The notes: generated by a model from the sequence alone, not told the origin. A stretch of DNA of 11,249 nucleotides from a virus (IMGVR_UViG_2859793810_000003); one strand, 5' to 3'. Positions 1-8,110 are shown, counted from the first letter of the stretch. Translations and numbers: made by a program.

Positions 1-819
1 ATGTGTCAGGTATTTGGTGTATCCAGGAGCGGTTATTACAACTGGGTACAGCATGAACCCTCAGACAGAAAACAAAGTGATGAGCGGCTAAAACCGGAGA
101 TTAAGGTGGCACATATCCGCACTCGCGAAACATATGGAACCCGGCGGCTCCAGACGGAGCTGGCAGAGAATGGCATCATCGTTGGTCGTGACCGACTGGC
201 ACGTCTTCGTAAGGAGCTGAGGCTACGCTGTAAGCAGAAACGCAAGTTCAGAGCGACTACGAACCCGAACCACAATCTGCCAGTTGCGCCAAATCTGCTG
301 AACCAGACGTTCGCTCCTACAGCACCAAATCAGGTCTGGGTGGCGGACCTGACGTATGTTGCCACACAGGAGGGATGGTTGTACCTCGCTGGCATCAAAG
401 ATGTTTATACGTGTGAAATTGTCGGCTACGCCATGGGAGAGCGCATGACAAAAGAGCTGACAGGTAAAGCCCTGTTTATGGCGCTCAGGAGCCAGCGCCC
501 ACCTGCCGGGCTAATCCACCACTCTGATCGAGGTTCACAGTACTGCGCATACGATTACCGGGTCATACAGGAGCAGTCTGGTCTGAAAACATCAATGTCG
601 CGTAAAGGTAACTGTTACGACAACGCTCCGATGGAAAGCTTCTGGGGAACGCTGAAAAATGAGAGCCTGAGCCACTATCGTTTTAATAACCGGGATGAAG
701 CCATCTCAGTAATACGGGAATACATTGAGATTTTCTACAATCGTCAGCGTCGTCACTCTCGTCTGGGGAATATCTCCCCGGCAGCCTTCAGGGAAAAATA
801 TCATCAGATGACTGCTTAA
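1..819 (+). CDS. IS3-family transposase OrfB (DDE integrase catalytic region), IS600-like; the OrfAB frame presumably continues upstream of the window
   Basis: 272-aa ORF with IS3-family OrfB character (HHSDRGSQY, CYDNAPMESFW motifs); one nucleotide different at the C-terminus from the copy at 8826-9644 (HQMTA vs HQMAA). Confidence 0.85.
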   Translation: MCQVFGVSRSGYYNWVQHEPSDRKQSDERLKPEIKVAHIRTRETYGTRRLQTELAENGIIVGRDRLARLRKELRLRCKQKRKFRATTNPNHNLPVAPNLLNQTFAPTAPNQVWVADLTYVATQEGWLYLAGIKDVYTCEIVGYAMGERMTKELTGKALFMALRSQRPPAGLIHHSDRGSQYCAYDYRVIQEQSGLKTSMSRKGNCYDNAPMESFWGTLKNESLSHYRFNNRDEAISVIREYIEIFYNRQRRHSRLGNISPAAFREKYHQMTA

Positions 820-862
820 AAAAAGAACAAATGGTAGTGTCCGCTATTGCCAGTACACCTCA
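1..862 (+). mobile_element. IS3-family insertion sequence (IS600-like), right-hand portion only; left end lies outside the window
   Basis: OrfB-type transposase ORF at 1-819; a near-identical inverted copy sits at 8783-9731; both copies share the same 43 bp after the orfB stop and diverge immediately after ...cagtacacctca (862 here), which defines the IS right end with the CA terminus typical of IS3-family elements. IS600 assignment is from memory of the OrfB sequence. Confidence 0.8.
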
Positions 863-1169
863 CTGACATGCTAAAGCAAAAAATAGATGAATAAGTTGAG
901 TTGTGCATATGTAGCCTGACCGTCACAAAGTATATGGTGTCTGTACCAGTAAGATGATGGCCGGACTCTTTAAAAAAGAGCTGACCTGCACAATACAGGA
1001 TGGACTTAGCAATGGCTGCTCCTGGCACAAAGCGGACAGTGATCACCGTTCTTACGACTACTTTCTGACTTCCTTCGTGACTTGCCCTAAGCATGTTTGA
1101 AGTGGCACACTGAATTTGGCCACCTGAACAGAGGTGATATGCTCACCTCAGAACAACACAGGTGCTCCA

Positions 1170-2338
<1,169 letters not shown>

Positions 2339-2346
2339 CCACTTCA

Positions 2347-2397
2347 GTTGTAGTGCGATACTTGTAATGACATTTGTAATTACAAGAGGTGTAAGAC
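2347..2397 (+). promoter_or_regulatory. relBE operator/promoter region (relO-like TTGTAAT / ATTACAA inverted hexads) with Shine-Dalgarno AGAGGTG
   Basis: Sequence cTTGTAATgacatTTGTAATTACAAgaggtgtaagacATG directly upstream of relB; palindromic hexads seen in sequence. Precise promoter elements not determinable here. Confidence 0.5.
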
Positions 2398-2637
2398 ATG
2401 GGTAGCATTAACCTGCGTATTGACGATGAACTTAAAGCGCGTTCTTACGCCGCGCTTGAAAAAATGGGTGTAACTCCTTCTGAAGCGCTTCGTCTCATGC
2501 TCGAGTATATCGCTGACAATGAACGCTTGCCGTTCAAACAGACACTCCTGAGTGATGAAGATGCTGAACTTGTGGAGATAGTGAAAGAACGGCTTCGTAA
2601 TCCTAAGCCAGTACGTGTGACGCTGGATGAACTCTGA
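2398..2637 (+). CDS. relB: RelB antitoxin (type II TA, RelB/DinJ family)
   Basis: 79-aa protein MGSINLRIDDELKARSYA...RNPKPVRVTLDEL, near-identical to E. coli K-12 RelB as I recall it; stop overlaps relE start (ATGA overlap). Confidence 0.93.
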   Translation: MGSINLRIDDELKARSYAALEKMGVTPSEALRLMLEYIADNERLPFKQTLLSDEDAELVEIVKERLRNPKPVRVTLDEL

Positions 2638-2924
2638 TGGCGTATTTTCTGGATTTTGACGAGCGGGCACTAAAGGAATGGCGAAAGCTGGGCTCGACGG
2701 TACGTGAACAGTTGAAAAAGAAGCTGGTTGAAGTACTTGAGTCACCCCGGATTGAAGCAAACAAGCTCCGTGGTATGCCTGATTGTTACAAGATTAAGCT
2801 CCGGTCTTCAGGCTATCGCCTTGTATACCAGGTTATAGACGAGAAAGTTGTCGTTTTCGTGATTTCTGTTGGGAAAAGAGAACGCTCGGAAGTATATAGC
2901 GAGGCGGTCAAACGCATTCTCTGA
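2637..2924 (+). CDS. relE: RelE toxin (ribosome-dependent mRNA endonuclease)
   Basis: 95-aa protein MAYFLDFDERALKEWRKL...SEVYSEAVKRIL, recognised as K-12 RelE; translationally coupled to relB. Confidence 0.93.
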   Translation: MAYFLDFDERALKEWRKLGSTVREQLKKKLVEVLESPRIEANKLRGMPDCYKIKLRSSGYRLVYQVIDEKVVVFVISVGKRERSEVYSEAVKRIL

Positions 2925-2995
2925 ACCAAAGCATGACATCTCTGTTTCGCACCGAAGGTGACACTTCTGCTTTGCGTTGACAGGAGAAGCAGGCT

Positions 2996-3151
2996 ATGAA
3001 GCAGCAAAAGGCGATGTTAATCGCCCTGATCGTCATCTGTTTAACCGTCATAGTGACGGCACTGGTAACGAGGAAAGACCTCTGCGAGGTACGAATCCGA
3101 ACCGGCCAGACGGAGGTCGCTGTCTTCACAGCTTACGAACCTGAGGAGTAA
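2996..3151 (+). CDS. hokD: Hok-family type I toxin HokD (RelF), 51 aa
   Basis: Not in the ORF track (below length cut-off). Own translation: MKQQKAMLIALIVICLTVIVTALVTRKDLCEVRIRTGQTEVAVFTAYEPEE, a Hok-family membrane peptide; position downstream of relBE matches the K-12 relBEF arrangement. Confidence 0.85.
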   Translation: MKQQKAMLIALIVICLTVIVTALVTRKDLCEVRIRTGQTEVAVFTAYEPEE

Positions 3152-3220
3152 GAGACCCGGCGAGTGAGAAATCCCTCGCCACCTCTGATGTGGCAGGCAT
3201 CCTCAACGCACCCGCACTTA

Positions 3221-3250
3221 ACCCGCTTCGGCGGGTTTTTGTTTTTATTT
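3221..3250 (+). terminator. Rho-independent terminator downstream of hokD
   Basis: Hairpin cccgc-ttcg-gcggg followed by TTTTTGTTTTTATTTT. Confidence 0.6.
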
Positions 3251-3368
3251 TCAACGCATTTGAAGTTCTGGATGGTGCCGGAATAGAATCAAAAATACTT
3301 AAGTAGCGCGCAGGGATAAAAGGGATGGACCCCGAACAGGGGAGTGCTACTTATCTGGAAGGATTCTG

Positions 3369-3620
3369 ATGATGAACATCGAAGAACTGCGTAAAATTTT
3401 TTGTGAAGATGGCCTCTATGCTGTGTGCGTTGAAAATGGAAATATTGTTAGTCATTACCGCATTGTGTGTTTGCAAAAAAATGGGGCTGCGTTAATTAAT
3501 TTTGTGGATGCCCGAGTGACGGACGGATTTATCTTGCGCGACGGTGAGTTTGTCACTTCATTACAGGCATTGAAAGAGATCGGAATAAAAGCTGGCTTTT
3601 CTGCTTTTTCAGAAGAATAA
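3369..3620 (+). CDS. rem: Small prophage protein, Rem-like (Qin prophage rem), function unknown
   Basis: 83-aa ORF with Shine-Dalgarno GGAAGGA upstream; sequence and position (between hokD and ydfU-like gene) match my recollection of K-12 rem; symbol from memory. Confidence 0.6.
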   Translation: MMNIEELRKIFCEDGLYAVCVENGNIVSHYRIVCLQKNGAALINFVDARVTDGFILRDGEFVTSLQALKEIGIKAGFSAFSEE

Positions 3621-3686
3621 ACTCATCTACAATCTTGCGCGGGGCTGAACTCCCGCTGAGTAACACCGTGCCACCGGAGAAAACCG

Positions 3687-3887
3687 ATGGCACGCAACGC
3701 AAAATATTACAATCATGATAATTCGACCGTTCTTGCCCACACGCACGAGCGGTATTCTCACGCATTTAAGTCAGACTGGTACCAGCATCCCTCATGCACT
3801 GAAGAACAGGCCGAATGGCTTATTCAGTGTTACCGCAGGCGCGGATGCGAGGTTAAAAAAGCCCTTAGCCTCGACTACCGTCACTAG
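3687..3887 (+). CDS. Hypothetical small phage protein (66 aa, Cys/His-containing)
   Basis: ORF with Shine-Dalgarno GGAGA 8 nt upstream of the ATG; not recognised. Confidence 0.4.
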   Translation: MARNAKYYNHDNSTVLAHTHERYSHAFKSDWYQHPSCTEEQAEWLIQCYRRRGCEVKKALSLDYRH

Positions 3888-3966
3888 ATAATCTCCGTCA
3901 GGCTCCCTTACTCCGAACAGCCACCGCGTCCGTCCCGCACATTCCAGCAACGGATCTGGAGGTAAC

Positions 3967-5016
3967 GTGCGGGTATTACTTCGACCTGTTCTGGTTCCGG
4001 AACTCGGGCTGGTGGTCCTTAAGCCCGGTCGTGAATCCATGCCGGTATTCCACAATACCCGGGTACTGGTGGAGCCGGAACCGAAAAGCATGCGTAATCT
4101 GCCGTCCGGGGTCGTTCCTGCCGTTCGCCAGCCGCTAGTGGAAGACAAAACATTGCTGCCGTTTTTCAGTAACGCACGGGTGATTCGTGCTGCTGGTGGT
4201 GCTGGCGCATTGTCTGACTGGCTGTTGCGCCATATTAAATCCTGCCAGTGGCCACACGGCGATTATCATCACAGCGAAACCGTCATTCACCGTTATGGTA
4301 CCGGCGCAATGGTATTGTGCTGGCACTGCGACAACCAGCTGCGTGACCAGACATCCGAATCACTCGAGCAACTTGCTCATCAAAACCTGTCAGCATGGAT
4401 GATTGACGTCATCGGTCACGCAATAAGCGGTACGCAGGAGCGTGAATTATCTCTGGCTGAATTATCCTGGTGGGCGGTCCGCAATCAGGTGGCGGACGCG
4501 CTACCGGAAGCGGTATTACGTCGTTCGCTGGGGTTGCGTGCGGAAAAAATCCGCTCAATGTACCGTGAAAGCGACATCGTGCCGGGAGAGCAGACCGCCA
4601 CCAGCATACTGAAGCAGCGCACAAAAAATCTTGCGCCGCTGCCTCACGCCCACCAGCAACAGAACCCACAACAGGAAAAGACGGTGGTCAGCATTGCCGT
4701 TGATCCTGAGTCTCCGGAATCTTTCATGAAACGACCTAAACGTCGCCGCTGGGTTAACGAGAAATACAAACGCTGGGTGAAGACACAGCCGTGTGCGTGT
4801 TGTGGTAAGCCAGCCGACGATCCCCATCACCTGATTGGTCATGGTCAGGGCGGAATGGGGACCAAATCTCACGATATTTTCACGCTACCGCTGTGTCGGG
4901 AGCATCACAACGAGCTTCATGCGGATCCTCTGGCGTTCGAAGAAAAGCATGGTTCTCAGGTTGATTTAATTTTTCGTTTTCTTGATCACGCCTTTGCAAC
5001 TGGCGTGCTTGGGTAA
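3967..5016 (+). CDS. ydfU: YdfU-like DUF968 prophage protein with C-terminal Cys/His (HNH-like) motif
   Basis: 349-aa ORF, GTG start preceded by GGAGG; N-terminus MRVLLRPVLVPELGLVVLKPG and overall sequence recalled as K-12 YdfU; C-terminus contains CACCGKPADDPHHLIGHG...CREHHNELH. Confidence 0.75.
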   Translation: MRVLLRPVLVPELGLVVLKPGRESMPVFHNTRVLVEPEPKSMRNLPSGVVPAVRQPLVEDKTLLPFFSNARVIRAAGGAGALSDWLLRHIKSCQWPHGDYHHSETVIHRYGTGAMVLCWHCDNQLRDQTSESLEQLAHQNLSAWMIDVIGHAISGTQERELSLAELSWWAVRNQVADALPEAVLRRSLGLRAEKIRSMYRESDIVPGEQTATSILKQRTKNLAPLPHAHQQQNPQQEKTVVSIAVDPESPESFMKRPKRRRWVNEKYKRWVKTQPCACCGKPADDPHHLIGHGQGGMGTKSHDIFTLPLCREHHNELHADPLAFEEKHGSQVDLIFRFLDHAFATGVLG

Positions 5017-5028
5017 AAGAGGTGACTG

Positions 5029-5385
5029 ATGCTCATAGATTTGGTTTTACCTTACCCGCCGACGGTGAACACTTACTGGCGACGCCGTGGCAGCACATAT
5101 TTTATCTCGGAGGAGGGAAAGCGTTATCGCCGGGCTGTGGCGCTTATTGTTCGCCAGCAGCGGCTGAAATTAAGCCTGTCCGGAAGGCTGGCGATAAAGG
5201 TGATTGCAGAGCCACCGGATAAGCGTCGTCGCGACCTGGACAATATCCTGAAAGCACCGCTGGATGCGCTGACGCATGCGGGAGTGTTAATGGACGATGA
5301 GCAGTTTGATGAAATCAATATCGTTCGTGGTCAGCCAGTATCTGGTGGACGTCTGGGGGTGAAGATTTACCCCATAATGCATTAA
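5029..5385 (+). CDS. rusA: RusA-family Holliday junction resolvase
   Basis: 118-aa ORF with Shine-Dalgarno AAGAGGTGA; motif PDKRRRDLDNILKAPLDALTHAGVLMDDEQ matches the RusA catalytic region (K-12 RusA has PDRRRRDLDN...DALT). Confidence 0.85.
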   Translation: MLIDLVLPYPPTVNTYWRRRGSTYFISEEGKRYRRAVALIVRQQRLKLSLSGRLAIKVIAEPPDKRRRDLDNILKAPLDALTHAGVLMDDEQFDEINIVRGQPVSGGRLGVKIYPIMH

Positions 5386-5399
5386 GAGCAGGTCAAAAA

Positions 5400-6221
5400 A
5401 TGAAACTGGAAGATTTACCGAAATACTACTCCCCAAAATCCCCTGGCCTGACCGATGCATCGGCCTCAACGTCAAAAGATGCGCTGAGTATCACTGATGT
5501 GATGGCCGCGCAGGGCATGACACAGAATCGGGCTGAGATGGGTTTTTCTGCGTTCCTGGGGAAAATGGGCATCAGTATGAATGACAGGGCGCGGGCAACA
5601 GAATTACTGGCAGATTATGCACTCAGTCGGTGCGATCGTGTGGCGGCGTTGAGAAAACTTCCGGCAGAAATAAAACCGGTAGTGATGCGCATTATGGCTT
5701 CGTACGCTTTTGAGGATTATGCCCGCAGCGCAGCGAGTAAAAAGCAGTGCCCTTGTTGCTATGGGGAAAAATTTATTGAAAGCATAGTTTTTACAAACAA
5801 GATCCAGTATCCGGATGGTAAGCCGCCGGTATGGGCAAAGTGTACGAAAGGTGTGTATCCGTTTTACTGGGAAGAATGGAAAAAAGTCAGGGAGGTGGTA
5901 AAAGTTGCCTGTCCGGAGTGTGGCGGAAAGGGTGAGGTTTCCACCGCCTGTAAGGATTGCCGTGGGCGTGGTGTCGCCATTCATCGTGAAGAGTCGGTAA
6001 AACGTGGTATGCCTGTTATCAGAGACTGCCAGCGTTGTGGTGGTCGTGGCTATGAAAGACTACCATCAACGGAGGCATTTAATGCTATATGCGAGGTGAC
6101 AAACCAGATAACACGCGCGTCATGGGAAAAAACAGTTAAGAAATTTTATGATGCGCTGGTGACCCGGTTTGATATTGAAGAAGCATGGGCTGAGCGGCAG
6201 TTAAAAAAGGTAACTAGGTAA
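5400..6221 (+). CDS. Late-gene antiterminator Q-like protein (QuuQ-like), carrying four CxxCxGxG zinc-finger repeats
   Basis: 273-aa ORF positioned between rusA and a PR'/tR'-like module, as for Q in lambdoid phages; N-terminus resembles my recollection of K-12 QuuQ; four CxxCxGxx motifs (CPCCYGEK, CPECGGKG, CKDCRGRG, CQRCGGRG) seen in the translation. Confidence 0.7.
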   Translation: MKLEDLPKYYSPKSPGLTDASASTSKDALSITDVMAAQGMTQNRAEMGFSAFLGKMGISMNDRARATELLADYALSRCDRVAALRKLPAEIKPVVMRIMASYAFEDYARSAASKKQCPCCYGEKFIESIVFTNKIQYPDGKPPVWAKCTKGVYPFYWEEWKKVREVVKVACPECGGKGEVSTACKDCRGRGVAIHREESVKRGMPVIRDCQRCGGRGYERLPSTEAFNAICEVTNQITRASWEKTVKKFYDALVTRFDIEEAWAERQLKKVTR

Positions 6222-6226
6222 CAAGG

Positions 6227-6254
6227 TTGATTTTTCCGGAATCTGTGGTAAATT
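6227..6254 (+). promoter_or_regulatory. PR'-like late promoter (-35 TTGATT, 16-bp spacer, -10 TAAATT) with a lambda-like initial transcribed region
   Basis: TTGATT...TAAATTcgtcataatgatgggcg resembles lambda PR' (TTGACT...TAAATTtgactcaacgatgggtt) as recalled; located immediately after the Q-like gene. Confidence 0.45.
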
Positions 6255-6303
6255 CGTCATAATGATGGGCGTTTTATGCCTGGCGTTAGAAGAGTTTCTA
6301 CAA

Positions 6304-6327
6304 CCCGCCGCTGAGCGGGTTTTTTTA
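6304..6327 (+). terminator. tR'-like rho-independent terminator
   Basis: Hairpin cccgc-cgctga-gcggg followed by seven T; lies about 50 bp downstream of the PR'-like promoter. Confidence 0.6.
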
Positions 6328-6365
6328 TTGCGAAATTAATTACGGACCGTTATTATTCTGCTCCC

Positions 6366-6441
6366 GGCCCTTTAGCTCAGTGGTGAGAGCGAGCGACTCA
6401 TAATCGCCAGGTCGCTGGTTCAAATCCAGCAAGGGCCACCA
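6366..6441 (+). tRNA. ileZ: tRNA-Ile2 (anticodon CAU, lysidine-type), phage-borne ileZ-like
   Basis: 76-nt cloverleaf folded by hand: acceptor GGCCCTT/AAGGGCC, D-stem GCTC/GAGC, anticodon loop CTCATAA (CAT at 6399-6401), T-loop TTCAAAT, 3' CCA encoded. Sequence much closer to E. coli ileX than to Met tRNAs as I recall them. Confidence 0.85.
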
Positions 6442-6542
6442 TCACAAACCGCCATTAGCTTATCAGGAAGAGCAGACGACACGATAACAGGGTTGTTGGT
6501 GCGGGGGGCGGGTCCCCGATGGCGGTCCATTATCGGTATTCA

Positions 6543-6619
6543 GCGTTGTTAGCTCAGCCGGACAGAGCAATTGCCTTCTAAGCAATCGGTCACTGGTTCG
6601 AATCCAGTACAGCGCGCCA
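6543..6619 (+). tRNA. tRNA-Arg (anticodon UCU, reads AGA)
   Basis: 77-nt cloverleaf folded by hand: acceptor GCGTTGT/ACAGCGC, anticodon stem ATTGC/GCAAT, loop CTTCTAA (TCT at 6577-6579), T-loop TTCGAAT, CCA encoded; similar to argU. Confidence 0.85.
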
Positions 6620-6729
6620 TATTCATTCTTCCAGATTCCTTCCGGCAGAGCCTTATACTGAAATATACCTGGCTCAGGATATTGTTGAAAATATTATATA
6701 TTTGTCAAAAATAAAAGTTCTGTTAAGTA

Positions 6730-7083
6730 TTGATTGAGTATTTGTTATACGGTCTAATGGTTTTTTCAGCATTAAGTATTTATCATTCATATGGTGTGGG
6801 TAGAGTGAATATTGATGAGGCGTCGGGGTGTTTCATCCTTAGGCAGCGTATTGATATAGTCAATGCAGCACGAGCAAAGGCCTTCAGCCGTTTGACAGTT
6901 TTGTTCTGTACTCCTGATCGTCTTTCGGGAAGAGACGTTATTATTCTGAATAGTGATGCTATACAGAGGGTTTGCGATGAGTTCATGGTTGCTAATTCAG
7001 AATTATTTGCTCTTGTTCAGGAGTACAACAGAATAGCCAGGACCTGTGGTATGGATGAACTTCGGATTACTCATCTGGGGTAG
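6730..7083 (+). CDS. Hypothetical protein in cargo region (117 aa from a TTG start; first in-frame ATG at 6757)
   Basis: Only the open frame supports this; no convincing Shine-Dalgarno; visibly AT-rich; contains several AGA/AGG/ATA codons. Not recognised. Confidence 0.3.
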   Translation: MIEYLLYGLMVFSALSIYHSYGVGRVNIDEASGCFILRQRIDIVNAARAKAFSRLTVLFCTPDRLSGRDVIILNSDAIQRVCDEFMVANSELFALVQEYNRIARTCGMDELRITHLG

Positions 7084-7475
7084 ATACATATCTGGATTAT
7101 CACCTGTTACGGTAAAAAGTGATTGCTTACTGTTTTTGTTAATGGCATTGCAGCAGCCGGATAATGTCAGTGCCGGCTGACGGTGTGCTGGTGGCGGGTG
7201 TGGTGGTTGTTGCTTTCCCGTTGCTGAAAAAGAAAACGCCAGACTGTTAGCCGGGTATCAGTTAGCGGGAGAAATTTTTAAATACTTCACAATTCAGGCG
7301 GTTGACTGTTGTCTGGTTTGCGGGGAGTTTGTTAAAAGAAACTGGCATGGTGAATCCCCCTGTGCGGAGGGGCAATCAGCGAGTAGGTATATGGGATAAT
7401 CGCGGATTCAGGTGCTGGTACTGAATTCACCGGGAGGCACCCGGCACCATGGAATGGCACATAGCGCCACTCTCC

Positions 7476-7510
7476 AGCCCCTCTCCGGAGGGGCTGTTTA
7501 TATTGATTTT
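7476..7510 (+). terminator. Rho-independent terminator (perfect 8-bp stem)
   Basis: agcccctc-tccg-gaggggct followed by GTTTATATTGATTTT. Confidence 0.55.
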
Positions 7511-7530
7511 GTCAGATGTGAGTAAACTCC

Positions 7531-7866
7531 TTATGGACTTTGTTGTTTTAGTCCATAAGGGCATATTTGCAGAGTGCAACGGTTATTAAAGCATTCATTC
7601 AATACGTTATCTGTATTTGTAGGGCATTCCTGGCTGTTTTTGATTAAATTCCAGAATGTTTTATTGAATGGTACTACGTTGTAAATGGTTACAGGTAGCA
7701 CTTTGTTATTGAGCATGATGCCTGTGTGAGTCAGTGTAAATATACTTTCAGGAGGTAAGAAAGCATCCGATTGATACCAGATTATTAATTTTATTTTACT
7801 CCATATGACTGAAAAAGATATTCCGCATGATGGCTGGATAACTGTATCAATCACAATCCACTTCAT
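7531..7866 (-). CDS. Hypothetical protein, opposite strand to the phage late operon (111 aa, Cys-containing C-terminus)
   Basis: ORF with good Shine-Dalgarno (AAGGAA, 5-nt spacer, ATG) on the minus strand; AT-rich; a perfect 11-bp inverted repeat (7529-7560) overlaps its stop codon. Not recognised. Confidence 0.45.
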   Translation of the reverse strand: MKWIVIDTVIQPSCGISFSVIWSKIKLIIWYQSDAFLPPESIFTLTHTGIMLNNKVLPVTIYNVVPFNKTFWNLIKNSQECPTNTDNVLNECFNNRCTLQICPYGLKQQSP

Positions 7867-8110
7867 TTAGTTTCCTTGTTTATGCCTTGCTGGTGATGTT
7901 CTGAAAAGTATAAATGATATTTTTGAATTAAACCATAGAACAGAATTATTTTTCTGATGTTGTTTATTGTTTATTTAAATGCAGGGTGGTTTATATCTCG
8001 TCTTGTAGTTTATCCATGCATATCTGCTTGATAATCAGGTTTTTATTTAAGGTATGGTTTTGTGTTTTTTCTGTATTACATGTCAGGTATTTTAAAGAAT
8101 TATTTTTCAG

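Noticed and set aside
36-275. 79-aa ORF antisense to the IS600-like orfB (duplicated at 9370-9609)
   Set aside because: Lies wholly inside and opposite to a well-supported transposase gene; Arg/Ser-rich low-complexity translation typical of antisense frames.
816-1094. 92-aa minus-strand ORF spanning the IS600-like right end and the flank
   Set aside because: Crosses the IS boundary, no ribosome-binding site, unrecognisable translation; likely spurious.
2380-3129. Minus-strand ORFs 2380-2760, 2813-3007, 2908-3129 antisense to relBE and hokD
   Set aside because: Antisense to three confidently identified genes; no independent support. An antisense Sok-like RNA could exist near hokD but would be non-coding and I cannot place it.
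3553-4872. ORFs 3553-3765 (-), 3792-4148 (-), 4135-4326 (-), 4187-4402 (+), 4409-4669 (-), 4555-4872 (-)
   Set aside because: Overlap rem-like, the 66-aa ORF or the ydfU-like gene in other frames; shadow ORFs.
5022-5984. ORFs 5022-5222 (+), 5124-5318 (-), 5287-5475 (-), 5604-5984 (-)
   Set aside because: Overlap rusA or the Q-like gene in alternative or antisense frames.
6442-6542. Possible third tRNA between tRNA-Ile2 and tRNA-Arg
   Set aside because: I could not fold a cloverleaf (no acceptor/T-arm pairing, no TTCGAAT-like T-loop); at most a decayed remnant.
6783-6986. 67-aa minus-strand ORF
   Set aside because: Antisense to the 117-aa candidate ORF and without a ribosome-binding site.
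7449-7589. 46-aa ORF starting after GGAGG and reading through the 7476-7510 terminator hairpin
   Set aside because: Shine-Dalgarno spacing is too long (11 nt) and the frame is better explained as terminator and inverted-repeat sequence.
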